Assembly (NCBI GenBank): GCA_963745035.1
Contig: CAVUVW010000010.1
Coordinates: forward strand, 128,001 to 192,000
Origin: an uncultured delta proteobacterium
Lineage (GTDB): Bacteria > Desulfobacterota > Binatia > UBA9968
Direction: 5' to 3'
Length of the DNA stretch: 64,000 nt
The notes beneath the pieces are model-generated. The model saw only the letters and a program-made list of their open reading frames with translations, was not told where the DNA came from and did no database searches. Shown here one piece after another: positions 49,561 to 58,728 of this stretch. The position numbers and the translations under genes are program-made. Each line of letters opens with the position of its first letter. Within the stretch, counting starts at the first letter, position 1.

Positions 49561-50334
49561 ATGTCACGCGCGGAAGCTCAGTGGCCCGTTATTTCTCCTC
49601 TGTCTCCTGATCCTCTGGGAAGCCGCGGCGCGCGCCGAGCTGACCAATCCGCTGCTTGTGCCGCCGGTGAGCCGGATTCTGACGATTTTCTGGGAGGCGG
49701 TTTCTTCAGGTCAGATTCCCATGCAAATTCTTCTCAGCATGAAGCGCGCGGCGGCGGGCTACCTGCTTGCCGCCGCGGTGTTCATTCCCTTGGGCATTTT
49801 CATGGGGTTGTCGCGGCGTGCCCACCGCGCCCTGGAAGTGATCGTCGAAATGCTGCGGCCGGTGCCGCCGCCGGCGATGATTCCCGTGGCGCTGCTGTTC
49901 TTCGGATTGGAAGACGAAATGAAGATCTTTGTGATCTTTTTTTCCTGCGCTTGGCCGATTCTGCTCAACACCATCGACGGCGTGCGCAGCATCGACTGCG
50001 GTGCTTTGGAATACGGCAAAAACATTCTCGTTTGTCGCGCGGTCAGACGATCTGGCGCGTCATCCTGCCCGCCGCATCGCCGCAGATCATGACCGGTTTG
50101 CGCGTGAGCCTGCCGATCATGTTGATTCTCGTCGTGATCTCGGAAATGGTCGGCAGCACCGATGGCATCGGCTACTTCATTCTCGACTCGCAGCGCAGAT
50201 TCCGGGTCGCGCAGATGTACGCGGGCATGCTGGCGCTCGCGCTATTGGGTTATGCGCTCAATCAGCTTTTCAATCTACTGCACCGCCGGTTGCTGTGGTG
50301 GCACTGGGGGATGATGCGAAGAGAGCTGGAGTAA
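49561..50334 (+). CDS. NitT/TauT family ABC permease 2; frameshifts
   Basis: EMLRPVPPPAMIP, NTIDGVR, ILPAASPQIMTGLR, SEMVGSTDGIG. Confidence 0.85.
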   Translation: MSRAEAQWPVISPLSPDPLGSRGARRADQSAACAAGEPDSDDFLGGGFFRSDSHANSSQHEARGGGLPACRRGVHSLGHFHGVVAACPPRPGSDRRNAAAGAAAGDDSRGAAVLRIGRRNEDLCDLFFLRLADSAQHHRRRAQHRLRCFGIRQKHSRLSRGQTIWRVILPAASPQIMTGLRVSLPIMLILVVISEMVGSTDGIGYFILDSQRRFRVAQMYAGMLALALLGYALNQLFNLLHRRLLWWHWGMMRRELE

Positions 50335-50390
50335 TGGAGTGTTGGAGTATTGGGGTTTGAATCCCATCACTCCATTACTCCAGACACTCC
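50328..50390. repeat. GGAGTAAT 8-mer tandem plus inverted array
   Basis: GGAGTAAT GGAGTGTT GGAGTATT, spacer, ATCACTCC ATTACTCC AGACACTCC; the first unit contains the permease stop TAA. Confidence 0.9.
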
Positions 50391-50396
50391 AGTCTT

Positions 50397-51310
50397 CTAG
50401 ACGATATGCATGCCGCCGCCGGGCGGGGGAGTCGGTTGGTTTTTGCCGGGGAGCCACTCGACCTCTTTGCGCGGGCTGTTGCCTTTTACGGCAAATTTGG
50501 CGCGGCCCATGTTCGCGAACTCGATCTCGATCGTATCGCCTGAATTCACCGGCTTGAGGCCTTCGTGAAAGGTGCCGGTGGCGACGATGTCGCCGGGATT
50601 GAGCCGGACGAAGCGCGAGTCAGCCAGGCAATCTGATTGGGAATCTTGTGCGCCATGGCGCCGGTGTTGTAGTTCTGTCTGGGCTCGCCGTTGGTCCATG
50701 ATTTTACGTTGACGTTGTGCGGATCGGGGATCTCATCCTTGGTGATGATCCACGGCCCGCAGCAGCCGTGGGAATCCTGGCCCTTGGGGACAAACTGCGT
50801 GCGCCGCACCATGCCGCGCGTGGAGATATCGAAGAACGGCACGTAGCCGAACACATAATCCAGCGCCTTATTCTCCGGCACATCTTTGGTGGCTTTGCCC
50901 ATGACGAAGGCGAATTCCGCCTCGGGTTGATAGACCACGCTGGCGGGGATGTCGCGCAATTCGACCGCGCCGTCCGGTCCGACCAGATCGGTGGATTTGT
51001 AGAAATACTCGTTGGGAAAATTGTCCGCGGTCCGTTCCGGGCGATCGATATAGTTACTGAAGGCGGCGATGCACTTGCTCGGACGCGGCAGCGGGCAGCG
51101 CAGTTGGACGCCGTCCAGCGGCACGCCGCTTTGTTCCGCCACGATTTTCTCAAACCGGCGGCGATATTTGCGCCAGCCTTCGATGATTTCTTCGATGACC
51201 CGCTGCGGCCCTTTGGCTTTGCGCGCGCTGACGCTGTCGCTCACGTCGACGACCATGTTGCCGTCTTTGATCACGCCGATTCGGTCATCGTTGAATCGAA
51301 GAATCTTCAA
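50397..51310 (-). CDS. Fumarylacetoacetate hydrolase family protein; frameshift near 50615
   Basis: TTG start with RBS GGAGG; PRPSKC, YQPEAE, DYVFGY..DIS, GPWIITKDEI, PGDIVATGT. Confidence 0.88.
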
Positions 51311-51340
51311 AGTGAACTCCTCCCTCGCGAAAATTGCGCT

Positions 51341-51370
51341 ATCATTCCTACAAGCCGCCGGTAATGTCAA
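51341..51370 (-). promoter_or_regulatory. Possible sigma70 promoter for the FAH gene
   Basis: TTGACA-18 nt-AATGAT. Confidence 0.4.
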
Positions 51371-51455
51371 ATCAGATCCGGCGCGCGTGGCGAGCTGATC
51401 GCCGCGCGCTTTGCAAACAATCCGGTTTGATGTAAGCCAATGCCAGGAGGAGCGC

Positions 51456-52545
51456 ATGCTGCTGATCAATAACCTCGAAGTGGAAAAGTTGTTGTCCATG
51501 AAAGCCTGTCTGGAAGCGCTTGAAGAGGCCTACGCCGATCTGCTGAAAGGCGACGCCGTGTATCGGCCGCGGCTGGATCTTTGGATGCCCTGCGATCGGC
51601 CGGACGGCTACTGGCGCTGGGGCACCATGGAAGGCGCGAGCCGCAAGATCGGCGTCTTCGCCATCCGCATGAAGTCCGACGTGGTATATTGGCCCAACGG
51701 CGATACCGAAGAAAAATACTGCATGCAGCCGGGCACGTGGTGCGGCCTGGTGATGGTCTTCAGCGTGCGCAACGGCGAGCCGTTGGCGATCATCAACGAC
51801 GGTTTGATCCAGCACATGCGCGTCGGTGCTTGCGCCGGATTGGGCGCCAAGTATCTTGCACGCGACGATTCGTGCGATGTCGGCATTTTCGGCTCCGGCG
51901 GCATGGCGCGCAGTTATCTCGAGGCGTTTTACGAAGTGCGCAAGCTCCGGCGCGCGCGGGTCTACAGTCCAACCAAGGCCAACCGCGAGCGCTTCGCCCG
52001 GGAGATGACCGGCAAATTGGACATCGAGGTGTTGGCGGTGGACGCAGCCGGAGAAAGTCGTGCGCGAAGCCGATATCGTCGCGACCTGCACGGATTCGAC
52101 GCGGACGGTGTTCGACGAGCCGGAGTGGCTCAAGGAAGGCGCGCATATCACCTGCGTGCGCGCCTGCGAAGTCGGACCCAAAGTCGTCAAGCAATGCGAT
52201 CTTTCCGTCAAGCTCGGCAAGAACACCATCGAGGCGATGGACGAAGGCATGATCCGCCTGCATGGCAATGTCGGCTACATCGCCGGCCAGCCGGAGGAGC
52301 GCGCACGCATTCCCAACCCCACGGTGGACAACTACCGGGGCGACTACTTCAAATACTTCATGGATGTGAGAAGCGGCAAAGTTCCGGGACGCACCAGTGA
52401 CAAGCAAGTCACATTTTTTATCAACGCCGGCACCCAGGGACTGCAATTCGCCGCCTGTGCCGGCAAAGTCGTGCAGCTGGCGAAACAGCAAAAGGTCGGA
52501 CGCGAGCTGCCGACCGAGTGGTTTTTGCAGGATATAAGGGATTAG
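51456..52545 (+). CDS. Ornithine cyclodeaminase / mu-crystallin family protein; frameshift near 52048
   Basis: GEPLAIIND..HMRVGA, AKYLAR, GIFGSGGMA, VYSPT, ADIVATCT, GTQGLQFAA. Confidence 0.88.
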
Positions 52546-52599
52546 TTTCTAGTTGAGTCTCGTTGGCCGTCCGGCCGCTGGCCTGTAAACCAGAAACTC

Positions 52600-52968
52600 T
52601 TAGTAGCCGAGATCTTCGACCTCTTCCTCGTCCATGCCGAAGTAGTGAGCGATTTCGTGCAACACGGTGATGCGGATCTCCTCGCGCAACTCCTCGGGCT
52701 CGGGAAAATCTTCCAGCAGCGGCGCGGCGAAGATCGTGATCTTGTCGGGCAACAGCGGCGGATCGAGGCTCGAGCGATCGGGCAGCGGAATGCCCTGGTA
52801 AATGCCGTAGAGGGTGTCGCTGCGCGGATCGAGGCCTTCGGCGCGCAGCAGCTCCGCGGACGGCCGCTCCTCGACGACGAACTCCACGTTGCGCAATTGG
52901 GCGCGGAAGCGGCGCGGCAGCCGGTCGAGCACCGCGGCCACTTCCTTTCTGATCTGATCGTGATTCAA
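52600..52968 (-). CDS. Zincin-like metallopeptidase family protein
   Basis: LYGIYQGIPL, PDKITIF, TVLHEIAHYFG (HExxH). Confidence 0.88.
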   Translation of the reverse strand: MNHDQIRKEVAAVLDRLPRRFRAQLRNVEFVVEERPSAELLRAEGLDPRSDTLYGIYQGIPLPDRSSLDPPLLPDKITIFAAPLLEDFPEPEELREEIRITVLHEIAHYFGMDEEEVEDLGY

Positions 52969-52988
52969 CGCTGACGAGTCTCGCGCAA

Positions 52989-54218
52989 ATGTCGTTTCGC
53001 TTCAAGCTTGGCGCGGGCGGTTGGTGCATGCTCGCGCTGCTGTTGATCGTCGGCTGTAGCTCGCTGCCGCGCTCGGTCCCGAAGAAATCCGATGGCGTAC
53101 TCGCCGACGATCTCGACGCGCAGTCGTTGCGCCGAGCGCTTCATCACAGCCTTGCATATCTGCAAAAGCTCCCGGCAGATCGAGTCGTCGGTGTGGAGCC
53201 GCGCCGATTTACCGCCGGCGAGGTGCGCGACTCGCTTTTGGCGTTCGACAAGCTGCTCGACCTTTGGAGCTGCCGGGAGTGCTTTGCGCGCGCGGTGAAG
53301 GCGCGATTCGAATTCTTGCCGTCGAGCGCCGATCCGGAGCTCTCGCGGGTGTTGTTCACCGGCTACTATCAGCCGATCATGGACGGCAGCCTGACGCGCT
53401 CGGAAAAATTTCGCTACCCGATCTACGGCAAGCCCGCCGATCTCATCAGCGCCGAACTGGTCACCTTGCAGCCTGAATTGACCGTGCAGCGGATCGTCGG
53501 GCGCGCCCAGGGCGAGCAATTCCTCCCTTACTATTCCCGGCGCGAAATCGACGAGGGCGGTGCGCTCGAAGGACGCGGTCTGGAGATCGCCTGGGTGGCG
53601 GATCCGATCGATCTGTTTTTTCTCCATATCCAAGGCTCGGGGATTGTCCGCCTGCCGGACCGCCGGGAAGTAAGCGTCGGCTACGCGGCGCAAAACGGCT
53701 GGCCCTATCGCAGCATCGGCCGGCTGCTCATCGACCGCGGCAAAATTCCCAGAGAAGAAATGTCGATGCAGCGCCTGCGCCGCTACCTTGGCGAGAATCC
53801 GCGGGAGCAAGACGAAATCCTTGCTTACAACGAGAGCTACGTGTTTTTTCGTGTGCTGGAAAACGAGCCGCTCGGCAGTCTCGAAGTGCCGGTCACCGCC
53901 GGGCGCTCCATCGCCACGGATGCGCGGCTCTTTCCCAAGGGCGCGCTCGCCTGGATCGAAACGGAAATTCCGGTGATCGACCGCGCGGGCGGATTGGCCG
54001 GGTGGCGCCCGCTCGCGCGCTTCGCGCTCAATCAAGACACCGGCGGCGCGATCCGCGGCTTGCAGCGCGCCGATCTTTACTTCGGCACCGGCGAAGAGCC
54101 GGGCGCCTTGGCCGGCTACATGAACCGTCCGGGGAAAATTTATTTTCTGATGCTCAAGCAAGGTCCGTCCGGCGATCGTTTGCCCGACGGATCGCAAGGC
54201 GAGAGCTTGGAGCGATGA
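52989..54218 (+). CDS. mltA: Membrane-bound lytic murein transglycosylase A
   Basis: Lipobox IVGC, FTGYYQP, FFLHIQGSG, NESYVFF, SIATD, QDTGGAIRG..RADLYFG; start may be the ATG at 53028. Confidence 0.93.
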   Translation: MSFRFKLGAGGWCMLALLLIVGCSSLPRSVPKKSDGVLADDLDAQSLRRALHHSLAYLQKLPADRVVGVEPRRFTAGEVRDSLLAFDKLLDLWSCRECFARAVKARFEFLPSSADPELSRVLFTGYYQPIMDGSLTRSEKFRYPIYGKPADLISAELVTLQPELTVQRIVGRAQGEQFLPYYSRREIDEGGALEGRGLEIAWVADPIDLFFLHIQGSGIVRLPDRREVSVGYAAQNGWPYRSIGRLLIDRGKIPREEMSMQRLRRYLGENPREQDEILAYNESYVFFRVLENEPLGSLEVPVTAGRSIATDARLFPKGALAWIETEIPVIDRAGGLAGWRPLARFALNQDTGGAIRGLQRADLYFGTGEEPGALAGYMNRPGKIYFLMLKQGPSGDRLPDGSQGESLER

Positions 54219-54297
54219 GCTTCGCCGGCGCGTTTTTCTTTCCTCACTTGAGCGAGGCTTGGCGGATAAGGTACGCTTGTCGTAATTCGCAGCGGCG

Positions 54298-55173
54298 ATG
54301 ATGGAACGGCATACCGAAACACGGCGACTCAAATGGGCTCTTGCAATCAGCTCGTTGTATTTCTTCGCCGAGCTGATCGCGGGTTTTCTCACCAACAGCC
54401 TGGCGCTGCTGTCCGACGCCGGCCACATGCTGTCGGACGTCGGCGCGATGACGCTCAGCCTGTTCGCGTTTCGCATGGCGCGGCGGCCGGCGACGCACCA
54501 AAGCACCTACGGCTTTCACCGGGTGGAAATTCTCGCCGCGCTGTTCAACGGCCTCACGCTGTGGTTGATCGTCGGCATGATTTTCGCCGCCGCGTACGGC
54601 CGGTTTTTTCATCCGCCGGCGGTCGAGAGCTTCGGCATGATGATCGTGGCGATCGTCGGGCTGCTGGTGAATCTTACGGCCGCGGCCATTCTCCACGGCG
54701 GGCATCGCCACAATCTCAATCTGCGCGGCGCCTTCCTGCACGTGGTGAGCGACGCCATCGGTTCGGTGGGCGCGATCGTGGCGGGCGTCGTCATGGTGAC
54801 CACCGGCTGGTATCTGGCCGACCCGCTGATCGGCATTTTCATCGGCGTCTTGATCCTCTTTTCGTCCTGGAGTCTGGTGAAAGAATCGCTCAGCGTGCTC
54901 ATGCAGGCGGTGCCCAAGGGCATCCGGCTCGAAGAAGTGCGACAGACCATCGAGGCGGTGCATGGCGTGAGCAAAGTGCACGATCTGCACATCTGGGCGG
55001 TGACCTCGGACATTTTCACCTTGAGCGCCCACGCGGTGGTGGAGAACGGCGGCGATTTTCACGAAGTGCTGAACGGCATCGAAGACACTCTCAGGGAGCG
55101 CTACAAGATCGAGCACACCACGATCCAGCTCGAAACCGAGAGCCGCGAGGAAAAAGAGTTCAAAGCATTTTGA
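54298..55173 (+). CDS. Cation diffusion facilitator (CzcD/ZitB-like Zn/Co/Cd efflux)
   Basis: SLALLSDAGHMLSD, TYGFHRVEILAA, NLRGAFLHVVSD, VHDLHIW, HTTIQLE. Confidence 0.93.
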   Translation: MMERHTETRRLKWALAISSLYFFAELIAGFLTNSLALLSDAGHMLSDVGAMTLSLFAFRMARRPATHQSTYGFHRVEILAALFNGLTLWLIVGMIFAAAYGRFFHPPAVESFGMMIVAIVGLLVNLTAAAILHGGHRHNLNLRGAFLHVVSDAIGSVGAIVAGVVMVTTGWYLADPLIGIFIGVLILFSSWSLVKESLSVLMQAVPKGIRLEEVRQTIEAVHGVSKVHDLHIWAVTSDIFTLSAHAVVENGGDFHEVLNGIEDTLRERYKIEHTTIQLETESREEKEFKAF

Positions 55174-55251
55174 TTTCTGCAGCGGCAACGCATTTCGCGT
55201 TATTGCCCAAATGATAGTCGAATTACGTTGCGAGTTTTGAGTCACTCGCGC

Positions 55252-56472
55252 CTAGGAAGCGCTTGTAGGCGACAGCGCCGGCCGGGAGCGAGGCAGCAGG
55301 CAGGCCATCAGAGCGACGCTTGCGAACGAAAGAATCCCGAGCATCCAGAAGATCGTCGGCAGCTCGGCGGTGACGAGGAGCAGTCCGACGATCGACGTCG
55401 AGGTAGTTTTGGAGACCTGCTGGATCAAGCGGTCGAAAGAGACGATGCCTCCGCGCAGCTCCGCTGGGGCATTTTGCGTGAGCAGGCTTTTCTGCATGGG
55501 CGAAATTACGCCGTTGGCCAATCCATAAAAGAACAGCGCACCGCCGACCAGCCATACGCCCGGGACGAACGGCACGGCGACCACCGCGGCGCCGCTGACG
55601 ACAAAAGCGACAAAGAGAATATTCGCCTTATCCCGGCCGGCGGCGATGCGGCCCGCCTGGCTCGAAGTCACCATCGCGCCGATCGAAAAAAAGACGTAGA
55701 GCAGTCCCGCGGCGGCGGTGGAGATGCCGTGGGTGCGCACCAGGAACAAGGGAAAATAAGTGAGAAAGCCGTAGTCGAGAAAAAACCGCAGAAAGCCGGC
55801 GGAGAACGCGATCATCAGGCGCGGATGGCGGGTGAGGCGCAAGATGTCGCCGAGGTACGCGGCGGCGCGGCCGTTATTTTTGCCTTTGGTCTCGGGCATC
55901 CAAAGCCAGGCCGCCAAACCCACCGGAATGGTCAGCAAATAAAAAACAAAAGGCCAGTACCAGGCAATCATCGCGAGCAGGCCGCCGAGCGGCGGAAAGA
56001 CGAGATAGCCGATGCGGTCGAGGAAGACTTTGAGTCCCTGGCCGCTGATCTCGTTGTCGCCTTCGAGCAGATCGCCGATCAAAACGATCGTCAGGGGAAT
56101 CACCGCGGCGAAGGCGACGCCTTGAAGAGTTCGAAAGAAAAGCAGCCAGCCGAAGCTCGGCGCAAACGCCATCGCGGCGCCGAAAATGCCGAACGCGATC
56201 ATGCCGAGCGCCAGCAGCAAGCGGCGGCCGTGAAGATCAGCGATGACTCCGAAGATCGGCGAGAGCACGATCGCCGGCGCGGTGAACACCGTCATGATCC
56301 ACGAGAGCTGAGCGTCGCTCACTTGAAAGGGCTCGGTGAGCGCCGGCAACGCCGGCTGAAGGAAATTGACGCCCATCATGAGCGCGATGCTCGCGGCGTA
56401 CACGATGCTCAAGGCGCGCGCTTTGGCCGGCGCGAGTTTTTCCATGCCGAACAGAGCCGTGATCGACGCCAT
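55252..56472 (-). CDS. MFS transporter
   Basis: About 12 TMs, motif A GVIADLHGRR, RTLQGVAFA. Confidence 0.9.
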   Translation of the reverse strand: MASITALFGMEKLAPAKARALSIVYAASIALMMGVNFLQPALPALTEPFQVSDAQLSWIMTVFTAPAIVLSPIFGVIADLHGRRLLLALGMIAFGIFGAAMAFAPSFGWLLFFRTLQGVAFAAVIPLTIVLIGDLLEGDNEISGQGLKVFLDRIGYLVFPPLGGLLAMIAWYWPFVFYLLTIPVGLAAWLWMPETKGKNNGRAAAYLGDILRLTRHPRLMIAFSAGFLRFFLDYGFLTYFPLFLVRTHGISTAAAGLLYVFFSIGAMVTSSQAGRIAAGRDKANILFVAFVVSGAAVVAVPFVPGVWLVGGALFFYGLANGVISPMQKSLLTQNAPAELRGGIVSFDRLIQQVSKTTSTSIVGLLLVTAELPTIFWMLGILSFASVALMACLLPRSRPALSPTSAS

Positions 56473-56478
56473 CGCCGC

Positions 56479-56507
56479 ACCGTAGGAGAAGCGGCTCCGG
56501 CAGTCAA
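56479..56507 (-). promoter_or_regulatory. Sigma70-like promoter for the MFS gene (leaderless geometry)
   Basis: TTGACT-17 nt-TACGGT-6 nt-ATG; no Shine-Dalgarno. Confidence 0.55.
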
Positions 56508-56509
56508 GC

Positions 56510-56583
56510 GGAGCAACGCATTGGAGTGATGGAGCAATGGAGTAATGGGTTCCGATAGCAACACTCCATCACTCCAGTACTCC
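56510..56583. repeat. GGAGTAAT 8-mer tandem plus inverted array
   Basis: GGAGTGAT GGAGCAAT GGAGTAAT, spacer, AACACTCC ATCACTCC AGTACTCC between divergent genes. Confidence 0.9.
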
Positions 56584-56659
56584 AACTCTCGGATTGGTGG
56601 CCGCGTTGCCCCATGATATGGATTAGCGCGATATCTTTTCTTAACGCGGAGGAATTTCC

Positions 56660-58180
56660 ATGCCTCAGGATATGCGAACGTGGATCGATCAGTTGGAAAG
56701 AGCCGGACTGCTCGCCCGGATCGCCAAACCGGTGGACCCGCGCACCCAGATGGGCGCTTTGCTCTGGCAGGCGCGCGATCGCGGGCTCCTGTTTGAAAAT
56801 CTACCGGGATATCCGGGCTGGCGCTGCCTCGGACAGGCGCCCGGAGACGTCGCGCTCGCGCCCGCGGCGTTCGGCGTGGCGCGCGATGAGATGATTCCCG
56901 AATTCGTGCGCCGGACTGAAAAGCTCGGAGCGACCCGCCTCGTCGAAGCCGGTCCGGTGCAGCAAAGAGTTCTACTCGGCGACGAGGTCGATATCACCAA
57001 AATGCCGATCCATCAGGCGGGCATCCGCGACGGTGGTCCGTTCATCGGCTCGGGCTTGATGATCACCAAAAATCCGGAAACCGGCCGGCGCAACTTGAGC
57101 TTTCATCGCCTGCAGATGAAAGGCCCGAGGAAAACCGGCATCCTGCTCTACCCGCGCCACGCCTGGACCAACTATCAAATGCACGAGGCGCAGGATCAGC
57201 CGATGCCGGTGGCGATCATGATCGGACATCATCCGATGTATTATTTCGCCGCCGCAACGACGACGCAGTATGGCGTAGACGAGTTCGAGATCGCCGCGGC
57301 GCTGCTCCAGGAAGACGTCGAGCTGGTCAAGTGCCGCACCGTCGATCTCGAAGTTCCGGCATGGGCGGAAATCATTCTCGAAGGCGAAATCCCTCCGAAG
57401 GTCAGGGAGCCCGAAGGACCGTTCAGCGAATTTCAGGATTACTATCTCACCGGCTCGGGCATGAATCCCATCGTCAACATCAAGGCCGTAACGATGCGCG
57501 ACGACGCGATCTTCAAGAACGTCCAGAACGGCACCGAAGTCGAAGGCTGCGTGTACCACAAAGTTCCCATGTCGGCGCAGATCCTGCGCCGCGCGCGCAC
57601 CGTTGGCGGTTTGGCGGATGTGAAAAACGTCTTGGTGATGCCCGGCATCTTCGGCGTCGTCGTGCAGATGCGGCCGCGCTACTACGGCGAGGCGCGCAAC
57701 GTGCTGATGTCGGTGTTGTCGAGCGAATACCAACACCCGAAAGTCGCCATCGCGGTGGACGAGGACGTGGACATTTTCAACTACGCGGAGATTCTCTGGG
57801 CGATCAACACGCGGGTCAATCCGGCCGAAGACATCGTCGTCATCAACGGCGCCAAGATTCACGCCATGGACCCGTCATGCCCGGAATTCGGCCACCCGGG
57901 CGCGCCGGGATGGCACCGCATCGGCGGCAAAATAATCATCGACGCGACCAAGCCGCCGGAATGCGACCCCAAGCGTAGAGACGAATTCGAGCGACTGCGT
58001 CCGGTGGGTTGGGAAACGGTGAAGTTGGAGGATTATTTACCCGGCGGGCTCGCCGCCGTTGCGCATCAAGCCGAAGATTCCGGGAAGCTGAAAAGATTCG
58101 TTCAAGGTTCAATCGTTCAAAGGTTCACGTGTAGGAGCGCTTACCCAAGCAGTCGAGGTATTCCGACCTTGAACTTTTGA
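56660..58180 (+). CDS. UbiD family prFMN-dependent decarboxylase (3' end uncertain, runs into a repeat)
   Basis: LLFEN, DGGPFI, NLSFHRLQ, AEIILEG, EGPFSEF, VDEDVDI, WAINTR, KIIIDATKP. Confidence 0.92.
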   Translation: MPQDMRTWIDQLERAGLLARIAKPVDPRTQMGALLWQARDRGLLFENLPGYPGWRCLGQAPGDVALAPAAFGVARDEMIPEFVRRTEKLGATRLVEAGPVQQRVLLGDEVDITKMPIHQAGIRDGGPFIGSGLMITKNPETGRRNLSFHRLQMKGPRKTGILLYPRHAWTNYQMHEAQDQPMPVAIMIGHHPMYYFAAATTTQYGVDEFEIAAALLQEDVELVKCRTVDLEVPAWAEIILEGEIPPKVREPEGPFSEFQDYYLTGSGMNPIVNIKAVTMRDDAIFKNVQNGTEVEGCVYHKVPMSAQILRRARTVGGLADVKNVLVMPGIFGVVVQMRPRYYGEARNVLMSVLSSEYQHPKVAIAVDEDVDIFNYAEILWAINTRVNPAEDIVVINGAKIHAMDPSCPEFGHPGAPGWHRIGGKIIIDATKPPECDPKRRDEFERLRPVGWETVKLEDYLPGGLAAVAHQAEDSGKLKRFVQGSIVQRFTCRSAYPSSRGIPTLNF

Positions 58181-58200
58181 ACGGTTGAACGTTTGAATGG
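58100..58200. repeat. GTTCAA tandem plus inverted TTGAAC array
   Basis: GTTCAAG GTTCAATC GTTCAAAG GTTCAC, spacer, TTGAACTT TTGAACGG TTGAACGT TTGAATGG. Confidence 0.85.
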
Positions 58201-58219
58201 CTTCGCTGGCGCAAAGCCA

Positions 58220-58466
58220 TTACTCGTCCGATTCGCCGAAATAATCTCTGACGATTCTTTCCTTGATATATTCGAGCGCGCCCAAGTCTTGGATGATATC
58301 GCCGCCGGTATCGTAGAAAGAAAATATCGCCCTTGTGGTTGCGCCCGATGGCCACGAGCCATTCTAGTTCGTCTCGGTCTTCGAGCAGATAATTGATCGC
58401 TTGATTGGCGCCTTTGCTGGCGATGATGGTGACTTTGGGTTTGGCGGATTTCTTTGCCTGGGACAT
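58220..58466 (-). CDS. Small hypothetical protein (about 81 aa); one frameshift near 58320
   Basis: RBS GGAGG; MSQAKKSAKPKVTII..GDIFF joins YDTGGDIIQDLGALEYIKERIVRDYFGESDE on removing one T from a homopolymer. Confidence 0.6.
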
Positions 58467-58598
58467 GCTTCGGCCTCCTCAATCGAGATCGAGTTTATAA
58501 CAGAAGGAACCGCGGCACAACTTGCCGGACCGGAGTGAAAAGCGCGAATCAGTGCGAAGGGCACGGCGCAGCCACAAGGGAAGCGGCAAAGCGGGATC

Positions 58599-58683
58599 CA
58601 CCGCAGAGGCGCAGAGCTCGCAGAGTCCGGAGTATTTCTCAAGAACAAACTCCTATCTCGGCGTACTCCGCGCCTCTGCGGTG
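58599..58683. repeat. CGCAGAG tandem plus inverted element (CACCGCAGAG..CTCTGCGGTG)
   Basis: CACCGCAGAGGCGCAGAGCTCGCAGAG, spacer, CTCGGCGTACTCCGCGCCTCTGCGGTG. Confidence 0.8.
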
Positions 58684-58728
58684 AATGCTCCTCGGACGAC
58701 GAAAGCTGGACAGTTTGTCGGAGTGCCC

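Noticed and set aside
47911-56583. GGAGTAAT arrays as CRISPR repeats
   Set aside because: Units are 8 nt and contiguous with no 30-40 nt unique spacers, and no cas genes are in the window
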